This document shows positions 17,133 through 26,419 of a stretch of 32,000 nucleotides of DNA, piece by piece. The number at the start of each line of letters is the position of its first letter. Position 1 is the stretch's first letter. This DNA comes from Thermococcus kodakarensis KOD1. Lineage in GTDB: Archaea; Methanobacteriota_B; Thermococci; Thermococcales; Thermococcaceae. The stretch covers positions 300,001 to 332,000 of the forward strand of contig NC_006624.1 of assembly GCF_000009965.1 (NCBI RefSeq), written 5' to 3'. A model generated the notes under the pieces. The model saw only the letters and a list, made by a program, of their open reading frames with translations, had not been told where the DNA came from and made no database searches. A program made the translations under genes and the position numbers.

Positions 17133-18278
17133 ATGAGGAACGTTGCTGATTTGCCCCTCCACGGCGGGCACGTCCCTCAATGGCTCGCACGAAGAATGGG
17201 GAAGCTAACAAGGCTAGTTCTCAAGCTCGCTGTTGAAGAGTACGGAACAAGAGGTCTCCTCGAGAGGCTCTCCGATCCAGTGTGGTTTCAAGCCTTCAAC
17301 AACGTCATCGGTATGGACTGGGACTCCTCCGGTTCGACGACGGTAACTGCGGGAATGATAAAAGAAGCCCTCTGGAAGGAGGAACTCGGAGTTAAAGTGG
17401 CTGGGGGGAAGGGGAAGAAAAGCAGGGCAACACCGGAGGAGCTGAAGAGGATAGCCTCTCTTTACGACCTTGATCCAGAGCCATACGTGAGGACTTCCCG
17501 TCTGGTGGCCAAGGTCGACACCGTTGCCCTCCAAACGGGCTACCAGCTCTATCACCACGTCTTCCTCCTCGACGAGGAGGGCAACTGGGCGGTCATCCAG
17601 CAGGGAATGAACAAGAGGGAGAGAATGGCAAGGCGCTTCCACTGGTTCAACAGCGAAACCTTCACCCTCAACCCCCATAAGGCCATCGCCGGTCTGGAGA
17701 AGGAGTTCGCACTTAACACCGTCTCAAGGGAGGCGAAGGAGTACCAGAAGACGCTCCTCGACGTTGTTCAGGAGAGTCCCATGAAAATCGAGAGAGAGCT
17801 TGAAAGCCTGAAGGCAATAGCGAATGGCTACCGTCCGCTCGTCTACTACAAGCCGAGGGAGCCGTGGGAGAAGGACGTTATAAAGCGCTACGAGAGCCTT
17901 GGAAAGTTTGAGCTTAACAAGAGAGCCCTTGAATTTGCAAGGGAGCTGAGCGTCAGCAACTATGAGGAGTTTCTGCTTTTGAAGGGCCTCGGGCCGAGCA
18001 CTTTAAGGGCGCTCTCGCTGGTTCTTGAGCTCGTCTACGACGTCCATCCGAGCTGGAAGGATCCGGTAACCCATCCACCTGATCCGTTCAAGTTCACCTA
18101 CGCTGTCGGTGGCAAAGATAAGATTCCATTTCCAATAGACAAGCCCGCCTACGACGAGCTGATTTCATTCCTCGAGGAGCTCGTGTCGAAGCATCCCAAA
18201 GAAAAGGCCCTCGTGAGGAACGTGACAAAGATAACTAAGAACTGGAAGTTCCCGAAGTGGGAGAAGAGACCTACCTAG
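17133..18278 (+). CDS. Conserved hypothetical protein (DUF763-like) with C-terminal helix-hairpin-helix motif
   Basis: ADLPLHGGHVPQWLARRM N-terminus as remembered for DUF763. LLLKGLGPSTLRALSLV is an HhH-type motif. ATG follows GGAGGTG. Confidence 0.5.
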   Translation: MRNVADLPLHGGHVPQWLARRMGKLTRLVLKLAVEEYGTRGLLERLSDPVWFQAFNNVIGMDWDSSGSTTVTAGMIKEALWKEELGVKVAGGKGKKSRATPEELKRIASLYDLDPEPYVRTSRLVAKVDTVALQTGYQLYHHVFLLDEEGNWAVIQQGMNKRERMARRFHWFNSETFTLNPHKAIAGLEKEFALNTVSREAKEYQKTLLDVVQESPMKIERELESLKAIANGYRPLVYYKPREPWEKDVIKRYESLGKFELNKRALEFARELSVSNYEEFLLLKGLGPSTLRALSLVLELVYDVHPSWKDPVTHPPDPFKFTYAVGGKDKIPFPIDKPAYDELISFLEELVSKHPKEKALVRNVTKITKNWKFPKWEKRPT

Positions 18279-19122
18279 CCCGCAGACAAACCATAGCTCC
18301 CTGCGGGACCTCCAGCTCCCTCGCTATCGGCCTGCACTTCGCCTTGAGCAGGTAGAAGACCCTTTCATCGTTTATCTCGCTCAGGGTTTCAAAGTTGCCC
18401 TGACCCTTAGCGATTATCACGTCGACTTTCTCAAAGATTGCCCTGAACTCATCCGAAACTCTATCAAAAGGAACCCCCACGATCCTCGTGCCCGTTGAGA
18501 CAACCCTCCCAAGCTTCTCAAAGCCAGCATTCTGTAGATCTTCAACGGTTGCGTCGTTTATTATTGGACCTTCCTTACCCGCTATGTAGATTTCAAGGCG
18601 CGGGAAGGCCTCCTTAAGCTTTTTCAGGAACAGCCTGTCAAAGTAAATCTCCCCGCAGTTGTCGGTTAGATAGAGAAGGGTCTTTGCGCTTTTGAGGACC
18701 TTGAAAAGCTCTTCCGAATGGTCGATGTAGAGCTCCTCCCCGAGCATCTCCCTAACGTCCTCCTCTATTTTCTCTGGAGAGTAGCCGACCGCGAAGTCTA
18801 TCACGTTCCCAATGATGGCGAGCTTTAGGGCCGTTCTGAGGTCTATCTCCTCCTTTTCAAGATCACTAACTACTCTCTCCGCGAGCCTGTTGGAGAGCTC
18901 CTTGTACTCTCTAAACGGGTCGTCATTGCCTATAACCCTATAAACCCCGAGGAAGACATCGCTCCCGAAGATTGCTGGAATAGAGTCTTCACTGATGGTT
19001 GCCATCAGCCTGGCCGCCTCGACCACGCCCTTCTTTCTGAGTTCGAGGTCATCGGTCCCCATCTCGACTATCCTCTGGCACTGGTTGGCGGCGCAGGCAA
19101 AGCACTCGTAGTGGATCTTCAT
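18271..19122 (-). CDS. DUF89 family metal-dependent phosphatase (damage-control phosphatase/ARMT1-like)
   Basis: MKIHYECFACAANQCQR, LTDNCGEIYFD and AKGQGNFE are hallmark DUF89 motifs. ATG 19122 is preceded by GGTGG; the track start 19245 adds an implausible 41-aa leader. Confidence 0.75.
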   Translation of the reverse strand: MKIHYECFACAANQCQRIVEMGTDDLELRKKGVVEAARLMATISEDSIPAIFGSDVFLGVYRVIGNDDPFREYKELSNRLAERVVSDLEKEEIDLRTALKLAIIGNVIDFAVGYSPEKIEEDVREMLGEELYIDHSEELFKVLKSAKTLLYLTDNCGEIYFDRLFLKKLKEAFPRLEIYIAGKEGPIINDATVEDLQNAGFEKLGRVVSTGTRIVGVPFDRVSDEFRAIFEKVDVIIAKGQGNFETLSEINDERVFYLLKAKCRPIARELEVPQGAMVCLRAR

Positions 19123-19256
19123 TTTCCCACCCCCCGCATTTTGTCCAGGAGGATTAAATTTTTTGTGTATATCGGAACTGTCATCCCTACTGGGAAAGAG
19201 CCTCTTTCTGGAAAAAGCTTCCCAGAGAAACCCATTTTTATTCACTCGTTATCCAT

Positions 19257-19310
19257 GAGTTTGCTTTGTAATCGACGTCCGAAGTGTGTCAAGGTAAGAG
19301 AAACTACTTT
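19257..19310 (+). repeat. Structured ~55-nt element, copy A (candidate small RNA)
   Basis: GAGTTTGCTTTGTAATCGACGTCCGAAGTGTGTCAAGGTAAGAGAAACTACTTT. ATTTTTA sits 16 nt upstream (19234-19240). About four-fifths identical to copy B. Confidence 0.35.
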
Positions 19311-19490
19311 CCAATTGAGCAATTGCAAGGAATTCATCCACTTTTTAACTCGTGATACGTGGAATCCTTGTAGATTGTGTTTCTCCTTTTTTAACGCCCG
19401 AAGGGCGTTATACTACGAATAAACCCTCTAAAACCGCTAATTGGGCATTGAGAATCATTGAAAAGCAAGATGCTCAAAAGGACATTCCCT

Positions 19491-19798
19491 CTTTGATGAA
19501 ACTTTGCCCTTCAAGCTTTTGGAAAAAGCTTGACCAAAAGGGTTCCCTTCTCCTCGAGCTTGCCTGTTAGGGAAGTATATGCTCCTATAGAAGGCAAGCT
19601 CGCACGGGTTTAACTCCAAGATTTCCTCGCTAATTGAGATTTTAACTTCCTTTTTTAGTGTCCTTTGGACACTATACGGTGAGAAAATCCCGTAAGTTTG
19701 GCAGATTGGCGAGTAAACCCGCTTAAAAGCTAGCTTGTTAGAATTGCATACTTTTCTTCCGCCAGCGCTGAAACTTTGCCAGCAAAGTTTCATCAAAG
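19491..19798. repeat. ~300-bp segment bounded by a perfect 17-bp inverted repeat (CTTTGATGAAACTTTGC)
   Basis: 19491-19507 is the exact reverse complement of 19782-19798. The right arm also forms a local 11-bp hairpin (19769-19792). Confidence 0.4.
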
Positions 19799-19894
19799 TT
19801 TGTGGTTCTTGATTAGAGGGCTGTTTTGATTAGGATTTTCTTTTTGAATACTGTCATGGTTGTGAATTCTATTTTTAATTTGCCCGATCTGTGT

Positions 19895-19949
19895 GAGTTT
19901 GCTTTGTAATAGACGCCCGTAGGGCGTCAAGGGGAAGAAACTCCTTTTT
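19895..19949 (+). repeat. Structured ~55-nt element, copy B (candidate small RNA)
   Basis: GAGTTT-GCTTTGTAATA-GACGCCC-GTA-GGGCGTC-AAGGGGAAG-AAACTC-CTTTTT: an outer 6-bp helix, a perfect inner 7-bp hairpin and a terminal T5. ATTTTTA sits 17 nt upstream (19871-19877). Confidence 0.4.
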
Positions 19950-20070
19950 ACAGGTCGAAACTTAGGGGATTCACTAAATTGTGGCTAATTTATCATGAAA
20001 ATCCTCTTAGAAGAGCAATTTTAGAAGGAACCACGAGCCTTGATCAAACTTCGCGCAGGAGAAGTTTGTA

Positions 20071-20930
<860 letters not shown>

Positions 20931-20934
<4 letters not shown>

Positions 20935-21215
20935 GCGTTTGGGGCTGGCTTCTTGGGTTTCTCCTGCTCGGAGCGATACTCTCAATACTCTATGACATAC
21001 TCTTCAGGCCATGGAAGCTTGTCAGAGAAGGCATCAATGACTTGGAGAGGCAACTCAAGCTCTTGGACGGTCGCTTTGCGCGCCTACGCTCGTTCATCAT
21101 CGCTCCTTGGCTTTGGGGTGACGTGGAGCGGACGCGCACTTTCGTTTCTCACAAGCTCGCTCTGAAGCGGGCCGAGTTGGAGCTTTTTGAAAAGCTGAAG
21201 GGGGGTGGAGAATGA
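20931..21215 (+). CDS. Small membrane protein (N-terminal TM, C-terminal helical region)
   Basis: MSVWGWLLGFLLLGAILSILYDILF... ATG overlaps the int stop within GGGTGGAGAATGA. Confidence 0.5.
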
Positions 21216-21352
21216 ACCCGATTCAACTTATCTGGCTGTTTTTCGGCGGAGCGTTCGTAGTAGTGCTCTCCGCATTTGCCTATGAAGCCTTTATGGAGTG
21301 GCGGGAGGCTCGGAAATGGGCCGAGCGGTACAGCAAAGTCATGAAGAAATGA
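21212..21352 (+). CDS. Micro-ORF, 46-aa single-TM protein
   Basis: MNPIQLIWLFFGGAFVVVLSAFAYEAFMEWREARKWAERYSKVMKK. Below the track cutoff. The start overlaps the previous stop in the same GGGTGGAGAATGA junction. Confidence 0.4.
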   Translation: MNPIQLIWLFFGGAFVVVLSAFAYEAFMEWREARKWAERYSKVMKK

Positions 21353-21367
21353 AAGGAGGATGAGGTA

Positions 21368-21517
21368 GTGATTGACCTCATGCCTGCCCTCGACAAGGCC
21401 CTCTATCAAGCAAGTTGCTACACGATTTGTCTCACATTGACTTTCTTTTTCGTGCTGACACTTGTTATGGTTGCCCTCGTGTTCGTGCTGATCTATTTGA
21501 AAAAATGTAGGAGGTGA
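21368..21517 (+). CDS. Micro-ORF, 45-49-aa single-TM protein
   Basis: (VIDL)MPALDKALYQASCYTICLTLTFFFVLTLVMVALVFVLIYLKKCRR. GTG 21368 follows AGGAGGATGAGG, or ATG 21380. Its stop overlaps the SD region of the RHH gene. Confidence 0.35.
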   Translation: MIDLMPALDKALYQASCYTICLTLTFFFVLTLVMVALVFVLIYLKKCRR

Positions 21518-21525
21518 GCGGAGGA

Positions 21526-21702
21526 ATGGCCCAATCTAAGTTTGTTCGTGGAATATATATTGATTCGGAGGTTGAGAAAAGGGCAAAAGCCCTTGCCAAG
21601 GCCAAGGGAACGAGCATCAACCAGGTATTCAGAGAGGCGGTTCTGAAACTCTATCGGCTGGAACTAGGTAACACAAGGCCGGAGGAAATTCTTGAGGGCT
21701 GA
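21526..21702 (+). CDS. Ribbon-helix-helix (CopG/Arc-like) DNA-binding protein
   Basis: MAQSKFVRGIYIDSEVEKRAKALAKAKGTSINQVFREAVLKLY: beta strand, helix, G-T/S turn, helix. ATG follows GGAGGA. Confidence 0.7.
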   Translation: MAQSKFVRGIYIDSEVEKRAKALAKAKGTSINQVFREAVLKLYRLELGNTRPEEILEG

Positions 21703-21720
21703 CTTCTTTTTTACGCTTAA

Positions 21721-21732
21721 TTTAAGCTTAAA
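21721..21732. promoter_or_regulatory. Perfect 12-bp palindrome TTTAAGCTTAAA in an AT-rich spacer (candidate operator/promoter of the downstream module)
   Basis: Lies in the 142-nt spacer between the RHH gene (followed by a T-run at 21704-21713) and the first gene of the long module. A TTTTAAA box sits at ~21748. Confidence 0.3.
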
Positions 21733-21844
21733 ATGTTCTTATTTGCTTTTAAACTCCTCCTGCGACTTTTCTCTGGCGCCTTTGGGCCTTCCTCCGCTTA
21801 AATCAGTTCTCGTCAAATTGGCAAAGCCCTCCGGAGGCGGTAGT

Positions 21845-22021
21845 ATGGACGACCTAGATGGGATTTCTCGGGAGATTGAAACTCTCGATCGGTACGCTGA
21901 GCGTTTGAGGAGACAGATTGAGGCAGCGCAGAGGGAGCTCGCGCGAGTCACGAGGAAGAAGCAACAGCTCCTCGCAGAGGTTTCTAAGCTCAAAAAGGCG
22001 CGCAAGGTGATGGCAGTATGA
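21845..22021 (+). CDS. 58-aa coiled-coil protein
   Basis: MDDLDGISREIETLDRYAERLRRQIEAAQRELARVTRKKQQLLAEVSKLKKARKVMAV. ATG follows GGAGGCGG; the track start 21692 is a TTG extension through the spacer. Confidence 0.45.
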   Translation: MDDLDGISREIETLDRYAERLRRQIEAAQRELARVTRKKQQLLAEVSKLKKARKVMAV

Positions 22022-22371
22022 AGACAAAGAGCCTCATCCAGCTAATCATCTTCTTTGTGCTCGCGGGAGCGTGGTACTACATCGCTTGGCCCATGATGAC
22101 AAAGGAGGCTCTAGCGGTCGGAGCTGTTGGCGGCGTGCTCATGCATTGGGCGCTCACGAACAAGGGAAACAAGGCTTTAGTAATCATCGAGCCCTTTACA
22201 TCAAGCTGGCGCGTGCTCCTCTATGACATGATGCTCTTGAGCTTCCTGGCGGCACTCTGGCAGGCGAACGGTGCAGCTCTTCTCGACGCGCTCAAGGACT
22301 CTGTTGAGAACCTCGCGCTTCTGCTGGCCTTGCTCGGCGGCATTGGTGTTGACTACGGAGTGGAGGGATGA
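22018..22371 (+). CDS. Membrane protein, 117 aa (3-4 TM)
   Basis: ATGA overlap with the upstream gene. Hydrophobic helices LIQLIIFFVLAGAWYYIAW, AVGAVGGVLMHWAL, LLYDMMLLSFLAALW, LALLLALLGGIGV. Confidence 0.55.
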   Translation: MKTKSLIQLIIFFVLAGAWYYIAWPMMTKEALAVGAVGGVLMHWALTNKGNKALVIIEPFTSSWRVLLYDMMLLSFLAALWQANGAALLDALKDSVENLALLLALLGGIGVDYGVEG

Positions 22372-22375
22372 AGAG

Positions 22376-24262
22376 ATGAAGAAACTCGGTGTTTTGCTCG
22401 CTCTGTTGGTGCTGTTCGGAACGCTGGCAACGGGCACGGTTGGGGCTGTTTATATTCCGTCTAGTGGAGATTTCGGGGTGTATATCTTTGGGTCTTCGTC
22501 TAATGTAACAATATCGGACGGTCGGTTGGTCTTAGATGCTACGGGGTCTGAGTACGTCAGGGCTTGGCTTAATGTTACTGAGTTTCAGGCTATCGAGTTT
22601 GATTATCAGGCGTACGCAAATAACGTTTTATCTGGTGTGTCTTTTATGTCAGGGAGTTCAGGGGTTGGCTTAACTTTCATTGAGTATGATACGGGTTCAA
22701 TCGAGGTTAGGAAAATCTCAGGGGCTAATTATCCTCAGTATGATGGGAGTAGCGACACTATAGGTGGTTCTATTGATGCAGGGACGAGCTTTAGGAATAA
22801 GTACGTACATTTTAGAATTGAGTTTCAGCAGAGGGGCACGGAGTGGGATTTACTGGTATATAAGGACGGTTTCTTATTGTATAATCTGACGAATGTTCAG
22901 CAGCATATTGACCCGTTGTCAATCGAGAAGGTAGTTTTTGGTGTTCCGGCTGTAGGCATTGGTAATAACTTGGGCTGGCAGGGGAAGGTCGAGTTTAATA
23001 ATATACAGATTTATGAGGTTGAGTATCATATTCAGCTCTCGCTCAAGGATGCTCTGAGTAATCAACCCCTCACGGGCGTTACGGTGAAGGAGAACGGTAA
23101 CGTTATCGGCACGCTGGTCGATGGTGGAAGTTTAGATTTAACTAAGGGCACTCATACACTCACTTTCGAGAAAAGCGGGTACTGGAGCGTCACGAAGACG
23201 ATAGACGTCCAGGGTGACATGACTGTCAGTGTCGAGATGTACCCTGACAGCGCCGCCTTCAAGTTTGAAAACTTCCCGTCTGACATCAGCATTCCCGAGA
23301 ACACGATTTACACGCTCACTTTCACTCTCTCGCCGATCAGCACCGACGCGGCTTACAACACTTACCTGAGCCTGAGCGGCCTCTCCAACGTCCTCGAAGT
23401 CCAGAAAGACGGCCAGGCCGTCTCTCCCGAGTCGGGCAAGTACTATCTCGGCGACATTTCAGGCCCGACACAGATTTCCATCAAGTTCAAGGCGGGCGCG
23501 GTCGGCCAGCACGGGTTCACTCTGAGCTTTGAGAGTCATGACGCAATAATGAGCAAGACCTACACGACGACAAAGAGTGTCACCTACACCGTCGAGCCGC
23601 TCCCGTTTTCGGTTCAGATGCCCTCTGAATGGCAGGTCGGCCAGAATGAGCTTCGCATCTCGGAAAGCAGTGGCCAGAGTTACCTCATCACGGCGGTTCT
23701 GAAGGACAGCCAGGGCAACGAGGTTTGGAGTGATTCCCACGCCTTCAGCCCCTACGAGGCGTACTCCTTCAGCGTCAACGTGCCGAGTGAGGGCCAGTAC
23801 ACGCTCGAACTCCAGTGGAACGGCCAGGTCGCGACCTATGACGTCACCGTGAATCCTGCAATCACGCTCACCACGAAGCAGCTGACAGTCGAGAAGGGTG
23901 GCGAGGGCACGATTGTCCTCCACTTCAAGAACCCGTCGAGCGATGTGCAGTATTACACGATCAAGGTCTCGGGCGGCTTCCTGCCGAGCGAGATCAACCA
24001 GAGCATTTCGGTCGGCCCGCTCACCGAGAAGGATGTTAGCATAGCCTTCGCCGTGCCAGAAGACCTGACTTACGACGCCTACGAGCTCCAGGTGCAGGTT
24101 CTTCAGGGCAACGCGACGGTCTTCCAGGACAAGGTTGCCGTTAGCATTGGAGATTCTGGAGGGTTCACGCTCTTCGGCGGCTCAAGTGGGAACACCTGGC
24201 TCTGGCTCGGTGTTGGCGGGCTTGGGCTTCTCGCCTTAGTTGGACTTGCCAGGAGGAGGTGA
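22376..24262 (+). CDS. Large secreted multi-domain surface protein (628 aa): signal peptide, lectin/LamG-like jelly-roll, PEGA/CarboxypepD_reg-like domain, Ig/NEW3-like repeats, C-terminal TM anchor
   Basis: MKKLGVLLALLVLFGTLATGTVGA signal. YVHFRIEFQQRGTEWDLLVYKDGFLLYN (LamG-like). VTVKENGNVIGTLVDGGSLDLTKGTHTLTFEKSGYWSVTKTIDV (PEGA-like). GEGTIVLHFKNPSSDVQYYTIKVSG...YDAYELQVQV (NEW3-like). Ends WLWLGVGGLGLLALVGLARRR. The track start 22271 lies inside the upstream gene. Confidence 0.7.
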   Translation: MKKLGVLLALLVLFGTLATGTVGAVYIPSSGDFGVYIFGSSSNVTISDGRLVLDATGSEYVRAWLNVTEFQAIEFDYQAYANNVLSGVSFMSGSSGVGLTFIEYDTGSIEVRKISGANYPQYDGSSDTIGGSIDAGTSFRNKYVHFRIEFQQRGTEWDLLVYKDGFLLYNLTNVQQHIDPLSIEKVVFGVPAVGIGNNLGWQGKVEFNNIQIYEVEYHIQLSLKDALSNQPLTGVTVKENGNVIGTLVDGGSLDLTKGTHTLTFEKSGYWSVTKTIDVQGDMTVSVEMYPDSAAFKFENFPSDISIPENTIYTLTFTLSPISTDAAYNTYLSLSGLSNVLEVQKDGQAVSPESGKYYLGDISGPTQISIKFKAGAVGQHGFTLSFESHDAIMSKTYTTTKSVTYTVEPLPFSVQMPSEWQVGQNELRISESSGQSYLITAVLKDSQGNEVWSDSHAFSPYEAYSFSVNVPSEGQYTLELQWNGQVATYDVTVNPAITLTTKQLTVEKGGEGTIVLHFKNPSSDVQYYTIKVSGGFLPSEINQSISVGPLTEKDVSIAFAVPEDLTYDAYELQVQVLQGNATVFQDKVAVSIGDSGGFTLFGGSSGNTWLWLGVGGLGLLALVGLARRR

Positions 24263-24266
24263 GGTA

Positions 24267-26405
24267 ATGAGGCTCTTCTTTTCACTTTTTGAGCAGAAAG
24301 GAGGCGAGGAAGAAGAGCAGGAAAGGAAAACCTGTAATAGAAAAAAGCGCCTGTCAGGGTTACTGTTACTCCTCATTTTTACCACAAGCATCTATGCACA
24401 GCCAGCCCTAGCGTTTGACTTCGGCAGCTGGTGGAATGGTGTCAAAGAGAGGGCGAGCAACACCGGCAAAATGGTCGTCTCGACAGTAGTGGGTGTTGTC
24501 GTTGGCGGAGCATGCATGGCAGGGACCATGGGTTTCGGTACAGGTGCATGCGTTGCAATGGGAATGGCAGCCGCAGGTTTGACATATTCAGCGCTAGAAC
24601 TAGCGTTTGGAGGGTCTCGGGGTGGAGATAGTGACAGTGGTGCAACAATAACTTACGAGCGCCAAGCAAATGGAACTACCGTCAAAAACGATGACGATGA
24701 ACTCAATAAAGTCATAGACGACGCTAACCAGCAGACATATGAAGGGATTGCAGAGCTTACCGCGAAGCTCCGCTCTGATCTGGTGAGGTATGACACTAAG
24801 GAAGATGGAGCAACTGGCGACCTCTGGATTGAGATCTATGCTCCCTCAAAGATCTATGGCTTTTCAGCTTTCCCCGTCCAGGCTAAACTCTACACAAAAG
24901 AGAGCAACATACCATTTAACGTCATACACCTTCGCAGTGTTGAGATCTATCTTCAGAAGGAGAACAGTAGCGTCCCGCTCTGGAAGCGCGTTTGGGATTA
25001 CGGAACTGGTAGCGAGGGCCTAAACGGCCAAAGTGTGGTTTATTCAACAATTCTCAAGGTTCCGGACGATTGGGTCTACCAGGTGCAGAACGCTATTCAA
25101 ACCGGTCAGGTCACTAGAGACTTGATCGAACAGATATTCAGCGCGAACACTTCAACGTGGGAGATCTTCGTTAAGGTTGACGCTTACCGTGAGGTCTGGC
25201 AGAACGACCCGCAGTACACTGATCAGTCATCCTGTACTGCTCAACCTAACCATAAGTGGGACTCAAACACCTCTACGTGCTACGTCTTCGTTAGGAATGA
25301 TGACATTAAGTATACTGCTTACACCACCAGCGCCTGGCGGCACGTGAGCATGGCCCACGACATCGCCGATCTTGCAGATGGTTTCTATGCATCTCTACCA
25401 GTTAAGTTCCTCAATACTGAAGCCTCAACGAAATGGGCGCTTTATCAGGAGAAGTACGCTGGAGCGCTCTCAAACTTCATTATACTGACCTTTGCGACTC
25501 CAGTTCATGTCATTGGTTCAACAGCAGACTACAAGTTCTATATTGTGCCTAATCCAGGCTATTTTGAGCCTCTTAATCCGTCCTTCAATGACGACTTCAG
25601 GTTCGTAGCAGTGAGAGAGTACAAGGATCTAAGCTGGACAGTTGCAGATTCAATATTTGGAAACCTCGGCACGATGAGTCCGGACACTCCAACTCAAAAG
25701 CTCCTGACAGCCCACTACACTGAAGACCTGAGCACGTTAACCTATAAGGTCTATGGACTGGCTTACTTCACGATCACGAGAGATGACAATATCACAATAC
25801 CGCTCTGGCTTGTTGTCAATCCGAAGGTCTCTGTTATCCCGAACACAAGGACAGTGTTGGCGGATAATCAGATAGACCAGCTCGTTCAGTTTACTGACGA
25901 TGGCAAGCTCGAAGCGAGTGAGATCAATCAGACTAAAGCGATCGCAGCCAGCCTCATTAACGGTCTCCAGGAGAAGATCACTGCCGCCGAGGATCTCAAG
26001 AAGAAGGCAGACGCCGAGGGCAATGAAAAGGCTTCCCTCTACGCTGAGAAAGCGATACAGGCATACCAGGATGCCATTGAGGCTCTCAACAAAATTACAC
26101 AGACCGATGCTGTCCAAGAGTACCTCAACTGGCTAAACGTTGCCAAAAAGCTTGAGCAGGCCGGAGACTTCTACATGAGCGCGGCTGAGAAGGCGCTCTA
26201 CGGCGAGTACGAACAGGCCGAACTTGACGCACAGAAGGGTGATGAGCTGAGTCAGCTTGCCGATGAGTACAAGCCACACATTGACATCCTAACAACTGCA
26301 AAGAGCATGCTGAGTAAGAAGATTCTCGGAATTCCACTTTGGGCGCTTCTCGCAATAGTGTTCGTGTTAGTTGGCGCTTTCGTGGTTTGGAGAAAACTGC
26401 TTTGA
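24267..26405 (+). CDS. Large membrane-anchored protein (712 aa): charged N-tail, signal/TM, glycine-zipper hydrophobic region, ~500-aa ectodomain, helical/coiled-coil stalk, C-terminal TM
   Basis: LSGLLLLLIFTTSIYAQPALA. VVGVVVGGACMAGTMGFGTGACVAMGMAAAG. C-terminal AEDLKKKADAEGNEKASLYAEKAIQAYQDAIEALNK... and IPLWALLAIVFVLVGAFVVWRKLL. ATG 24267 follows GGAGGAGGTGAGG. Confidence 0.7.
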   Translation: MRLFFSLFEQKGGEEEEQERKTCNRKKRLSGLLLLLIFTTSIYAQPALAFDFGSWWNGVKERASNTGKMVVSTVVGVVVGGACMAGTMGFGTGACVAMGMAAAGLTYSALELAFGGSRGGDSDSGATITYERQANGTTVKNDDDELNKVIDDANQQTYEGIAELTAKLRSDLVRYDTKEDGATGDLWIEIYAPSKIYGFSAFPVQAKLYTKESNIPFNVIHLRSVEIYLQKENSSVPLWKRVWDYGTGSEGLNGQSVVYSTILKVPDDWVYQVQNAIQTGQVTRDLIEQIFSANTSTWEIFVKVDAYREVWQNDPQYTDQSSCTAQPNHKWDSNTSTCYVFVRNDDIKYTAYTTSAWRHVSMAHDIADLADGFYASLPVKFLNTEASTKWALYQEKYAGALSNFIILTFATPVHVIGSTADYKFYIVPNPGYFEPLNPSFNDDFRFVAVREYKDLSWTVADSIFGNLGTMSPDTPTQKLLTAHYTEDLSTLTYKVYGLAYFTITRDDNITIPLWLVVNPKVSVIPNTRTVLADNQIDQLVQFTDDGKLEASEINQTKAIAASLINGLQEKITAAEDLKKKADAEGNEKASLYAEKAIQAYQDAIEALNKITQTDAVQEYLNWLNVAKKLEQAGDFYMSAAEKALYGEYEQAELDAQKGDELSQLADEYKPHIDILTTAKSMLSKKILGIPLWALLAIVFVLVGAFVVWRKLL

Positions 26406-26419
26406 GGTGGTGATTGAAG

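Noticed and set aside
19455-19796. 113-aa minus-strand ORF in the AT-rich region
   Set aside because: Cys/Lys/Ser-rich improbable composition. It coincides almost exactly with the inverted-repeat-bounded hairpin segment and has no SD. Treated as non-coding.
19257-19949. Possible CRISPR array
   Set aside because: Only two imperfect copies ~640 bp apart, with no regular repeat-spacer periodicity and no resemblance to Thermococcales CRISPR repeats.
21692-21844. TTG-initiated extension of the coiled-coil ORF through the AT-rich spacer
   Set aside because: It passes through a T-run and the palindrome. ATG 21845 has a proper GGAGG and gives a compact coiled-coil protein.
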